Source: Candidatus Tepidifontimicrobium thermophilum
GTDB lineage: Bacteria > Sysuimicrobiota > Sysuimicrobiia > Sysuimicrobiales > Sysuimicrobiaceae
Assembly: GCA_031459915.1 (NCBI GenBank)
Contig: JAVKHO010000009.1
Location: 32,001-96,000, forward strand
DNA: 64,000 bases
Reading direction: 5' to 3'
Made by a program: the position numbers and the translations under genes. This document shows positions 40,831-49,600 of the stretch, in pieces. The notes under the pieces are model-generated. The model saw nothing but the letters and a program-made list of their open reading frames with translations. It made no database searches and had not been told where the DNA came from. Every line of letters begins with the position of its first letter. Position 1 is the first letter of the stretch.

Positions 40831-41990
40831 AAGCAGGCGGGCCCGCGCGGCGTGTGGCGATCCTGGGCAGCACCGGCTCCATCGGCCGGCAGGCCCTGGA
40901 GGTGGTGGAAGCCCTGGCGGGACGGGCGCGGGTCGTGGCCCTGGCTGCCCGGCGGGACGCAGCGGCCCTGGCGGAGCAGGCCGTGCGCTGGCAGCCCGAG
41001 GCGGTGGCCCTGACCGACCGGGAGGCGGTGGAGGAGTTCCGGCAGATGGCTTCGGGCTGGCGCGGCGAGCTCCTGGTGGGGCCGCAGGCGCTGGAACAGG
41101 TAGCCCGCTGGCCGTCTGCGGACGTGGTCCTGGTGGCGGTGGTGGGGGTGGCGGGGCTGCTGCCCAGCCTGGCTGCCATCGAGGCGGGCAAGGAGCTGGC
41201 CCTGGCCAACAAGGAGACCCTGGTGGCCGCGGGGGAACTGGTGCGGGAGCGGGCGGCGTCGTGTGGGGCCCGGATCGTGCCCGTGGATGGCGAGCACAGC
41301 GCCATCTACCAGTGCCTGCAGGCGGAGCAGCGGCGCGACCGCGTGCGCCGCATCGTGCTCACCGCTTCCGGCGGGCCCTTCCTGCGACGCTCCCTGGAGT
41401 CCATGGAGTCCGCGACGCCGGAGGAGGCCCTGCAGCACCCCACCTGGCGCATGGGGCCGAAGATCACCGTGGACTCCGCCACCCTGATGAACAAGGCCCT
41501 GGAGGTCATCGAGGCCCGGTGGCTGTTTGACCTCCCGGCGGAGCGCATCGAGGTGTTGATCCACCCGCAGAGCGTGGTGCACGGGATGGTGGAGTTCGTG
41601 GACGGCTCCAGCCTCGCGCACCTCAGCCGGCCCGACATGCGGCTGTTCATCCAGTACGCCCTGAGCGGGATGGACCGCCTGCCCCCCGGGTTCGGCCGTC
41701 TCGACTGGACGATCCCGCAGACCCTCACCTTCGAGCCGCCTGACCTGCGGCGGTTCCCCTGTCTGGGGTACGCTTATGAGGCCCTGGCCGTAGGGGGGAC
41801 CCTCCCCGCGGTCCTGAATGCGGCGAACGAGGTGGCAGTGCAGCGGTTCCTGGACGGGGAGGTGCCCTTCGGCCGGATCCCGAAACTGGTGCGGGCGGCC
41901 ATGGACTTGCACGAGCCCCGTCCCCGCCCCACCCTGGAGGAGATCCTGGAGGCGGACCGCTGGGCGCGGGCGCTGGTGAGGAGCCTGTGA
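40827..41990 (+). CDS. dxr: 1-deoxy-D-xylulose-5-phosphate reductoisomerase
   Basis: LGSTGSIG, LANKE, PVDGEH, LTASGGPF, HPTWRMGPKITVDSA, NAANE. Confidence 0.95.
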   Translation: MKAGGPARRVAILGSTGSIGRQALEVVEALAGRARVVALAARRDAAALAEQAVRWQPEAVALTDREAVEEFRQMASGWRGELLVGPQALEQVARWPSADVVLVAVVGVAGLLPSLAAIEAGKELALANKETLVAAGELVRERAASCGARIVPVDGEHSAIYQCLQAEQRRDRVRRIVLTASGGPFLRRSLESMESATPEEALQHPTWRMGPKITVDSATLMNKALEVIEARWLFDLPAERIEVLIHPQSVVHGMVEFVDGSSLAHLSRPDMRLFIQYALSGMDRLPPGFGRLDWTIPQTLTFEPPDLRRFPCLGYAYEALAVGGTLPAVLNAANEVAVQRFLDGEVPFGRIPKLVRAAMDLHEPRPRPTLEEILEADRWARALVRSL

Positions 41991-43024
41991 TGTCGATGCT
42001 GCTGGCCGTGGTGGCCTTCGGCCTGATGATCCTCGCCCACGAGCTGGGCCACTTCCTGGTGGCGAAGGCTTCGGGGATCGGCGTGCGGGCGTTCGCGGTG
42101 GGCTTCGGCCCGCCGCTCTGGCGCAGCCGGAGGGGCGGCACGGAGTACCGGCTGAATGTCTTCCCGTTGGGCGGTTACGTGCGCCTGGCGGGGGAGGACT
42201 TCGACGAGGAGCCAGGGCCGGACGCCTTCCGCAGCAAGGGCGTGTGGACCCGGATCGCGGTCGTGGCCGCGGGTCCTGTCATGAACGTGCTGCTTTCGGT
42301 GCTCCTGGTGGCGACCGCCGCGTGGGCCTACGGCCTGCCCCGTCGGGTGACCACCGTGGTGGCCACCGTGCGGCCCGGCTGGCCAGCCGCGGAGGCCGGC
42401 CTGCGGCCCGGGGACCGGATCGTGGCCATCGACGGCGTGCCTCTCCCCGACGGGCAGACCATGGTGCGGACCATCCACCGCAGCGCGGGCCGGGCCCTGC
42501 GGCTGGCCGTGGAGCGGTCCGGCCGGCGCTTCGAGGTCACGGTCACGCCGCGACTGGATCCGCGCCTGGGGGTGGGGATCACGGGCATCACGCCCGCGGT
42601 GGAGCGGGAGCGACTCGCCCCGCACCGGGCCCTGCTGTGGGGCGTGCAACAAACGGTCCGGTCCATGCGGGAGATGGTGATCGGCCTGGTGCGCCTGGTG
42701 GGGTCCGGCGACGTGCTGCAGGAGCTGGCGGGCCCGGTGGGCGCGGTGCGGCTGTTGGGGGACGCCGCACAGGTGGGTTTCGACTCCTACCTGTTCATGA
42801 CCGCGTTCCTGAGCGTGATGATCGGCCTGTTCAACCTCCTCCCCCTGCCGGCCCTGGACGGCGGGCGGCTCGCGTTCCTGTTGGTGGAGGCGGTACGGCG
42901 AAGGGCGGTGGACCCGCGCCGGGAGGGCTACGTGCACCTGGTAGGCTTCGCCCTGCTGCTGCTGCTCGTCCTTGCCCTCACTTACCGCGACATCCTACGA
43001 TGGGTGGGCGAGCGGAACTTCTAG
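41987..43024 (+). CDS. rseP: RIP/M50 metalloprotease with PDZ domain
   Basis: HELGH, GFGP, PLGGYV, AGPVMN, NLLPLPALDGG. Confidence 0.92.
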   Translation: MMSMLLAVVAFGLMILAHELGHFLVAKASGIGVRAFAVGFGPPLWRSRRGGTEYRLNVFPLGGYVRLAGEDFDEEPGPDAFRSKGVWTRIAVVAAGPVMNVLLSVLLVATAAWAYGLPRRVTTVVATVRPGWPAAEAGLRPGDRIVAIDGVPLPDGQTMVRTIHRSAGRALRLAVERSGRRFEVTVTPRLDPRLGVGITGITPAVERERLAPHRALLWGVQQTVRSMREMVIGLVRLVGSGDVLQELAGPVGAVRLLGDAAQVGFDSYLFMTAFLSVMIGLFNLLPLPALDGGRLAFLLVEAVRRRAVDPRREGYVHLVGFALLLLLVLALTYRDILRWVGERNF

Positions 43025-43046
43025 GGGCACGGGGCGGCGGTCCGTG

Positions 43047-43700
43047 GTGGAGCCCGCAGAACTGGTGGTGCGTCTCATCCTGGCGGTGGTGCTAGGCGGC
43101 ATCATCGGCATCGAGCGGGAAGTGCTGGAGAAGCCCGCGGGGTTCCGTACCCACATCCTGGTGGCCCTCGGCGCCGCTACCTTCACCCTGATCAGCCTCT
43201 ATGGATTCTTCGGGAGCGGGGCGGACCCCGCGCGGATCGCCTCCAACATCGTGGTGGGCATCGGGTTCATCGGCGCCGGCACCATCTGGCGCCACCCCAC
43301 GGGGGTCGGAGGCCTGACCACCGCGGCCAGCCTGTGGATGGTGGCGGCCATCGGAACCGCGGTGGGGAGCGGCTTCTACCTGGTGGCCCTGGTGGCTACG
43401 GCCCTGGCGTGGGCGGTGCTGTACCTGTTCCCGCGGGTGGAACGCTGGTTGCCCCGCCGTGCCACGGGCCTCGGGACCCTGGCGGTGACCATGGTGGACC
43501 GACCCGGGCAACTGGGGACCCTGGGCACCCTGCTCGGGAAGCACCGGGCTAACATTGAGAGCGTCCAGATGGAAGCGGGGCGCGACGGGAAGGTGAACCT
43601 GCACCTAGGCGTGCGCCTGCCCCCGCACGCGAACCGGGAAGAGATCCTGCTGGCGGTGGCGGACCTCGAGGGTGTGGAGGCCGCCTCCTGGACCTCGTAG
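43047..43700 (+). CDS. MgtC/SapB family protein with C-terminal ACT domain
   Basis: IGIERE..KPAGFRTH, DPARIA, GIGFIGAG, GLTTAASLW, DRPGQL. Confidence 0.85.
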   Translation: MEPAELVVRLILAVVLGGIIGIEREVLEKPAGFRTHILVALGAATFTLISLYGFFGSGADPARIASNIVVGIGFIGAGTIWRHPTGVGGLTTAASLWMVAAIGTAVGSGFYLVALVATALAWAVLYLFPRVERWLPRRATGLGTLAVTMVDRPGQLGTLGTLLGKHRANIESVQMEAGRDGKVNLHLGVRLPPHANREEILLAVADLEGVEAASWTS

Positions 43701-43725
43701 GACCTGCCCGGTCGGAGCCCGACCC

Positions 43726-44388
43726 TTGATCCCCCTGCGCGACAGCGTCCCCGCCCGGCGGCCACCGGTGGTCATGCTGAGCATCCTGGCTGCCTCCGTC
43801 CTGGTGTTCCTGTACGAGGTGGGCCTGCCGCCCGACGAGCTGGCGGAGTTCTTCCGGACGTTTGGGGTCGTCCCCGCGCGCCTTCTCGGCCCGGACCCGC
43901 CGTACTTCACCCTGGTGACGTCCATGTTCCTGCACGGAGGGTGGCTCCACCTTCTGGGGAACATGCTGTACCTGTGGATCTTCGGGAACAACGTGGAGGA
44001 CGCCATGGGCCACGGCCGGTTCGCGGTCTTCTACCTCCTCAGTGGCCTCGCGGCCGCCGGGCTGCAGGTGGCCTTCCAACCCGCTTCCTCGGTGCCCATG
44101 GTGGGCGCCAGCGGTGCCATCGCCGGGGTGTTGGGGGCCTACCTGGTCCTGTTCCCCCACGCGCGGATCCTGGCCCTGGTCCCCCTGGGGTTCTTCACCC
44201 AGCTCGCGGAAGTGCCCGCGGTGCTATTTCTGCCCCTGTGGTTCCTGCTGCAGCTCGTCTACGGGCTAGCGTCCCTGGGCGCGCCGGCCCAGGTGGGGGG
44301 CGGGGTGGCGTTCTGGGCCCACGTGGGCGGGTTCGTGGCGGGAGTCGTGCTGGTGCGGTGGTTCGTCCCGCGGCGGTGGCGCCGGTGA
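43726..44388 (+). CDS. Rhomboid intramembrane serine protease
   Basis: IPLRD, SMFLHGGWLHLLGNMLYLWIFG, VGASGA, AFWAHVGGF. Confidence 0.9.
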   Translation: MIPLRDSVPARRPPVVMLSILAASVLVFLYEVGLPPDELAEFFRTFGVVPARLLGPDPPYFTLVTSMFLHGGWLHLLGNMLYLWIFGNNVEDAMGHGRFAVFYLLSGLAAAGLQVAFQPASSVPMVGASGAIAGVLGAYLVLFPHARILALVPLGFFTQLAEVPAVLFLPLWFLLQLVYGLASLGAPAQVGGGVAFWAHVGGFVAGVVLVRWFVPRRWRR

Positions 44389-44391
44389 GTG

Positions 44392-44420
44392 TTGGAAACC
44401 GGCCAGAGGGACGCTACCAT
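44392..44420 (+). promoter_or_regulatory. Putative sigma-70 promoter for mat
   Basis: TTGGAA-N17-TACCAT. Confidence 0.5.
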
Positions 44421-44496
44421 GGTGGCGTGTCCGGGCGGTCCGGTCCGGGCGCACACCGAAGCGGCAACTGAAAAACCCAGGGCAGGGGGTCGCACG

Positions 44497-45699
44497 GTGC
44501 GGAACATCCTCGTGGAGACGCTGCCGGGCCTGCCGGTGTCCGAGCACCAGGTGGAGCTGGTGGAGCGCAAGGGAGTGGGTCATCCCGACTCCATCTGCGA
44601 CGCCATCATGGAGCAGGTCTCCGTGGAGCTCAGCAAGACCTACCTGGAGAAGGTGGGGACCATCCTGCACCACAACATCGACAAGGCTTTCCTCGTGGCC
44701 GGGGAGGCGGAGGTCCGGTTTGGGGGCGGCCGGGTGATCCAGCCCATGCGGCTGATCTTCGGTGACCGGGCCACCTACCGGGTAGGGGACGTGGAGATCC
44801 CCATCCCCGAGCTGGCCATCCGTACGGCCAAGCGGTGGATCCGGGAGAACCTGCGGTTCGTGGACCCGGAGCGGCACGTGGAGTACGACATCCAGATCAA
44901 GCCGGGCTCTCCGGAACTGGTGGACATCTTCCATCGGGAGGAGATCGGCGCCAACGACACCTCCGCGGCGGTCGGGTACTGGCCCCTCACGGAGACGGAG
45001 CGGGTGGTGCTGGAGACGGAACGGTACATCAACTCCCCTGCTTTCAAGAAAGAATTCCCGGAGGCGGGGGAGGACGTGAAGGTGATGGGAGTGCGGACGG
45101 GCCGCGAGCTGCACCTGACGGTGGCGGTGGCGTTCGTGGATCGCTTCGTGGACAGCGAGGCCACGTACTTCCGCCGCAAGGAGCAGATGCGGCAAGCGGT
45201 GCTGGAGTACGTGCGGTCCCGGTGCAGCCTGTCCGCTGTCCACCTGTACCTGAACCACGCGGACGTCGCGGGCCGCGGCCTCGGCGGCGTGTACCTGTCG
45301 GTCACGGGGACTTCTGCGGAGAGCGGGGACAGCGGGCAGGTGGGGCGTGGCAACAAGGTCAACGGGGTGATCGCCCTGAACCGTCCCATGGGCACCGAGG
45401 CCGCCGCGGGCAAGAATCCCGTCTCCCACGTGGGCAAGATCTACACCGTCCTCACGCATCGGATCGCCCAGCGGGTCTACGAAGAGGTGCCGGGCATCCG
45501 GGAGTGCTACATCTGGTTGTGCAGCCAGATCGGCGAGCCCGTGGACCGGCCGAAGGTGGCCGCCGCCCAGGTGATCCTGGAGCGCGGGGTCCGGCGGACC
45601 CGGGTACTGCGGCAGGTGCGGGAAGTGGTGGACCGCGAGCTGCAGGACGTCCGTACCCTCATCCAGGACCTGGCGGCGGGCAAGTACGCGGTGGTGTGA
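44497..45699 (+). CDS. mat: Archaeal-type methionine adenosyltransferase (SAM synthetase)
   Basis: VELVERKGVGHPDSICD, LHHNIDK, ANDTS, GEDVKVMG, GTSAESGDSGQVGRGN, GKNPVSHVGKIY. Confidence 0.9.
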   Translation: MRNILVETLPGLPVSEHQVELVERKGVGHPDSICDAIMEQVSVELSKTYLEKVGTILHHNIDKAFLVAGEAEVRFGGGRVIQPMRLIFGDRATYRVGDVEIPIPELAIRTAKRWIRENLRFVDPERHVEYDIQIKPGSPELVDIFHREEIGANDTSAAVGYWPLTETERVVLETERYINSPAFKKEFPEAGEDVKVMGVRTGRELHLTVAVAFVDRFVDSEATYFRRKEQMRQAVLEYVRSRCSLSAVHLYLNHADVAGRGLGGVYLSVTGTSAESGDSGQVGRGNKVNGVIALNRPMGTEAAAGKNPVSHVGKIYTVLTHRIAQRVYEEVPGIRECYIWLCSQIGEPVDRPKVAAAQVILERGVRRTRVLRQVREVVDRELQDVRTLIQDLAAGKYAVV

Positions 45700-46757
45700 G
45701 CCGCCCGTCTGAAAATCCCGCTACCGCGCCGCAACGCCTCCGGTGGATTGCCACCCTCCTGGCCATACCTATGGCTTCAGCCTGCCAGCTGGCCGTGCGG
45801 CGGGTCCCCAAGCCCGAGCCGGTGGTCACTCTGCGGGTGGTGGAAACGCGCCGCGCCAGCGACCGAGTGGCCACCAGCAACGCCGCGTGGTCCCCAGACA
45901 GCCGGACCGTGGCGTTCGGGACCGCGGAGGGGGTGGTGGTGGTGGGCCTGGACGGAGCCGAGCGACGGATCTTCCCCGCGCCTCACGCTACGTGGGTGGA
46001 CTGGTCCAGCAGCGGGCGCTGGGTGGCGGTCGTCTCTGGGGGCAACCTGTGGCTGGTGGACCTGGTGCGGGGCGGGGCGCGCAGGGTAGACCTCCCAGGG
46101 GTGGTGCGTTCCTTCCGCTGGAGCCCCGCGGGGGACCGGGGTGCCGCGGTGGTGGACTCTCGCGGGGTCTGGTTGTGGCTGGTGTCCGCGGAGGGCGGGC
46201 TGCGCAGGCGGCTGTTCGGCCCTGCCCACAGTCTGTACGACCTGGGCTGGTTCCCGGACGGCCTGTACGTGTTCGCCCGGGCGGAGGACTCGGCGGGAAG
46301 GACCGTGGCGCTCTGGCGGGTGCGGGTGGCGGGCCCGGACCGCCGGCAGCTCCCCGCCCTTTTCCCAACGGTCCTGCAGGCCCAGCTGTCTCCCCACGGC
46401 AGGACCGTGGCGTACCTAGTGACGGAGGAGGAGGGGTCTGCTCTGGCGGTGCAGCAGGTGGGCTCAGCTAGAACGGTGACCGTGGCCCGCGGGGGACGGC
46501 TGTGGGGCTTGAGCTGGTCACCCCAGGGCGACAAGCTGGGCTACGCGGAGGTGGAGGGCGGGGAGCGGGCCGCGGTCTGGATCGTGGACGCGGACGGGCC
46601 GAGCCGGTTGCAGGTAGCGGACTACGCCCTGGAGTTCCCGGACCCCGACGCTCTGGTGGGGACCGCTTGGTCTCCTGACGGGAGGGCGGTGGTGTTCGGC
46701 TCCGGCTTCGCCCAGCGCGCGGGACCGGTGTGGGTGGCGCGGCTGGAGCGTCGGTGA
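45696..46757 (+). CDS. Putative lipoprotein with TolB/PD40-like beta-propeller repeats
   Basis: Lipobox-like ASAC; repeated WSPD/WSP.G motifs. Confidence 0.7.
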   Translation: MSRPSENPATAPQRLRWIATLLAIPMASACQLAVRRVPKPEPVVTLRVVETRRASDRVATSNAAWSPDSRTVAFGTAEGVVVVGLDGAERRIFPAPHATWVDWSSSGRWVAVVSGGNLWLVDLVRGGARRVDLPGVVRSFRWSPAGDRGAAVVDSRGVWLWLVSAEGGLRRRLFGPAHSLYDLGWFPDGLYVFARAEDSAGRTVALWRVRVAGPDRRQLPALFPTVLQAQLSPHGRTVAYLVTEEEGSALAVQQVGSARTVTVARGGRLWGLSWSPQGDKLGYAEVEGGERAAVWIVDADGPSRLQVADYALEFPDPDALVGTAWSPDGRAVVFGSGFAQRAGPVWVARLERR

Positions 46758-46874
46758 CCGGGGGTGCGGCGGCGCGTGGTAAACTCCCTGTAGGCGCTGT
46801 CCGCAGATCTTTCCGACCGCGTGACAGCCACAGAGGCGTCCGGGAGGACGTGCGGGTTAGAGGAGGGAGCACGC

Positions 46875-47141
46875 GTGCCGATCTACGAGTACCTGTGTAC
46901 CCGTTGCGACCACAGGTTCGAGCGGCTCCAGCCGGTGGGAAGCCCCCCGGAGCCGTGCCCGCGGTGCGGAGGTGCCACCCGCAGACTCCTGGGAACCGTG
47001 GGGCTGGTGTTCAGGGGGTCTGGGTTTTACACCACCGACTACCGGCGGCCCAAGGACGGCGCGTCGAAGACGGAGGAAGGAAAGAAGCCTGACGGCGGGC
47101 GCAAAACGGACGCCGAGGACGCCAAGTCAAGCACCTCGTAG
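46875..47141 (+). CDS. FmdB-family zinc-ribbon protein
   Basis: MPIYEYLCTRC..CPRCG...FRGSGFYTTDY; RBS AGGAGG. Confidence 0.88.
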   Translation: MPIYEYLCTRCDHRFERLQPVGSPPEPCPRCGGATRRLLGTVGLVFRGSGFYTTDYRRPKDGASKTEEGKKPDGGRKTDAEDAKSSTS

Positions 47142-47213
47142 GGCGTTTCCGACAGCCGCCGGCGCGGATCGGGCGGCAGGGCTACCGGAACAACTCGGAG
47201 GCACGCTGAACGG

Positions 47214-48905
47214 GTGAGCCCGACATCCGGCACCGTCCCTACGGCGGCGGCACGGAGCCCCGCCCGGACGGTGCGGTGCGGGCTCGTGGCCCCTTTAGCG
47301 GTCATCCTGTCTTTCCTGCAAGCCTGGCCCGCGGCAGGTGAGCCCTCGTCCGTCCGCGCGGCCCTGGGCTGGGATGGGTGGGTCCGCTTCGGCACGTGGA
47401 ACCCGCTCACCGTGGAAGCGGGGGTAGACCGGCCCGTGCGCGGGTGGCTGGTGGTAGACATCCCGCAGGAGTTCGGAGCGCAGCGGGTCCGGCTGCGCTA
47501 CTCCGTGGACCTGCCCGAGGGGGGTCGGGCCATCTGGCGGGTCCCGGTCCTCGTGGTGGACGCCCGCCGGCCGGTGCGGGTAGCCGTGGTGGCGGAGGAC
47601 GGGGCGGAGGTGGCTTCCGCGGAAGTCCTGCCGCAGGCTGAAAGCGCGGTGGCCAGCGTGGTCGGCTACCTGGGCCAGAACCCTCCCTCCCCTCCGCCTG
47701 AGGCCTCCTCCGGCGGACGCCGGGTGGTGGCACGCCTGCGGGAGGAGGTGCTTCCGGAAACCGCGGCCGCGTACGCCTCCTTGGACCTGCTGGTGGTGGA
47801 GGACCTGGACGAACGCAGGCTGAATGACGCGCAGCGGCATGCCCTGCAGGCTTGGGTGCTCCACGGCGGGCGGGTGGTGACATCCGGCTGGCTGGCTGCC
47901 GGTGCGCCCCTGTCCGGGTGGCTGTCCGCGGCGCAGCACACCGGACGCGTGGTGGAACTCTCCGGCCTGGGATCCGTGGCCGCAGGCCCCTTGCGGGAGC
48001 TGCACCCCTTGCCGGGCGGTCGGCCCGTGGTGGAACGGTCCTATGTGGTGGCGGTGTGGGCACCCAGGGGACTGGGCCGGGTCTATGCGTGGGCCGCGGA
48101 CCCGCAGCAGGTCCCCGCCGGCTCGCCCCTCTGGTACCTCGCCCTGCCCCCGACCACTTCCCGGGAGGGGCCTCCCGAGCCGGACGTCCGGCCACGGGCG
48201 CCAGTTGGCCCTGCTGCGGTGGGGCTGGGTGCCTTCGCAGTACTCTGGCTTGTTTCCCTGGCGGTGGCCGCCAGAACTCCCTGGGGCTGGTTGCTGGCGC
48301 TGGTGGTGCTGGCGGCCGGCACTGTGGGGATGCCCACCGTTGCACGGGAGGTGCGGGAGCGCTCCACCACCCTCGACGTCACGTGGGTGGAGGTGCTGGT
48401 GGACAGGGCGCGTCGGGCCTACGCGTGGGGCTATGCGCAGGCCCCGTACCGCGGCGTCTACACGTACACCCTGCCGCGTGCCGTCGCGGTCGCCGCCTCA
48501 GGAGGGTTTTCGGAGGCGGAGGTCAGCTTCCTGGACGACCGGGTGGTCGTCCGAGCGCGACAAGGGGCGGGAGAACGCCTCCGGCTGTACTGGGAAGTGG
48601 AGGGCGCAGCCGGTGCAGTGCCGGCCGTGCAGCCGCGCGAGGGGAGCGTGGTCTTCCGAGGACCCGGGACGTCCCACGGTGTGGTGTTCTGGGGCCGGAG
48701 ACAGGCTCCGCTGGAAAAGTCCCAGGAGCCCGACGAGTGGGTGGCCTTGCGGTGGGAGCGGGCGGATCCCCAGCACCCCGCCCTGGTGTCGTTGCGGTGG
48801 GTGTACCCAGCTGCAGCTACTATAGTGGAAGACCGTCCGGTAGTGGTCCTTCCCCTCGCGGACGGTCGTCGGGGGTGGCTGGTGGTGGGGGGGCAGCTTC
48901 CGTGA
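47214..48905 (+). CDS. Exported/membrane hypothetical protein with GATase-like segment
   Basis: Signal-like N-terminus, G..G.VRFG.W.P, YASLDLLVV..ALQAWV..GG, two internal TM segments. Confidence 0.6.
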   Translation: MSPTSGTVPTAAARSPARTVRCGLVAPLAVILSFLQAWPAAGEPSSVRAALGWDGWVRFGTWNPLTVEAGVDRPVRGWLVVDIPQEFGAQRVRLRYSVDLPEGGRAIWRVPVLVVDARRPVRVAVVAEDGAEVASAEVLPQAESAVASVVGYLGQNPPSPPPEASSGGRRVVARLREEVLPETAAAYASLDLLVVEDLDERRLNDAQRHALQAWVLHGGRVVTSGWLAAGAPLSGWLSAAQHTGRVVELSGLGSVAAGPLRELHPLPGGRPVVERSYVVAVWAPRGLGRVYAWAADPQQVPAGSPLWYLALPPTTSREGPPEPDVRPRAPVGPAAVGLGAFAVLWLVSLAVAARTPWGWLLALVVLAAGTVGMPTVAREVRERSTTLDVTWVEVLVDRARRAYAWGYAQAPYRGVYTYTLPRAVAVAASGGFSEAEVSFLDDRVVVRARQGAGERLRLYWEVEGAAGAVPAVQPREGSVVFRGPGTSHGVVFWGRRQAPLEKSQEPDEWVALRWERADPQHPALVSLRWVYPAAATIVEDRPVVVLPLADGRRGWLVVGGQLP

Positions 48906-49600
48906 ACAGCCTGGCCATCGTCCGTGGAGACCTGCGCGCGCGGCTGGGGACCCGCAAGGGGATGGCTGTCCAGGCCGCCTTCCTGGCCGCCGTGTGGCTG
49001 TTGGGGTTGCTCGGCACGGGGCCCGAGCGCGGGGGGGACTCCCCCATGTGGGTGGCGTCGGTGGGCCTGCTGGTGGTGGTGGTCTATGTGGTCACCGCCG
49101 CCGCGGGCGGGGAGATCGCGTTCCCCGGAGAGAAAGCGGTACTGGACCTTGTGGCTTCCCCCTTTTCCGCCGCAGAGATAGCGTGGGGCAAGGCGCTGAG
49201 CAACGCCGCCTTCGCCACGGTGTGCACCCTAGGTGCCTGGCCCGTCCTGCTGTTCCTGCAGGCGCTGCGGACAGGCCCTTGGCAGGAGAGCTTGGCACAG
49301 GCAGCGGTCCTGCTGGCGGTCAGCTGGGGCTTTGGCGGGTTCGCCACCTGGCTTGGGGTGACCGTGGAGTCGGAAGTCTCCCGGTCGGTGCTCCTGTGGG
49401 GCGGGATCGTGGCCTTCCTGGCCGGTGCAGGACTGGCGGGGTCGTGGCCGTGGCACCCGGCCAACGCGGTGCGGCCTCTGGCGCCGGGCTGGGCCCGGAT
49501 GACCTGCGCTGCTTCGTTTGTGGGCTTGGGCGTCCTGACCCTGTGGGCGGTGGGCCGTCGGCTCCCACGCCTGCGGGAGGAGGTGCACGGTGGACCCTGA
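48902..49600 (+). CDS. ABC-2 permease-like membrane protein
   Basis: About 6 TM segments; GEIA..GEK..LDL..SPFS...I..GK pattern; GTGA overlap. Confidence 0.6.
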   Translation: MNSLAIVRGDLRARLGTRKGMAVQAAFLAAVWLLGLLGTGPERGGDSPMWVASVGLLVVVVYVVTAAAGGEIAFPGEKAVLDLVASPFSAAEIAWGKALSNAAFATVCTLGAWPVLLFLQALRTGPWQESLAQAAVLLAVSWGFGGFATWLGVTVESEVSRSVLLWGGIVAFLAGAGLAGSWPWHPANAVRPLAPGWARMTCAASFVGLGVLTLWAVGRRLPRLREEVHGGP

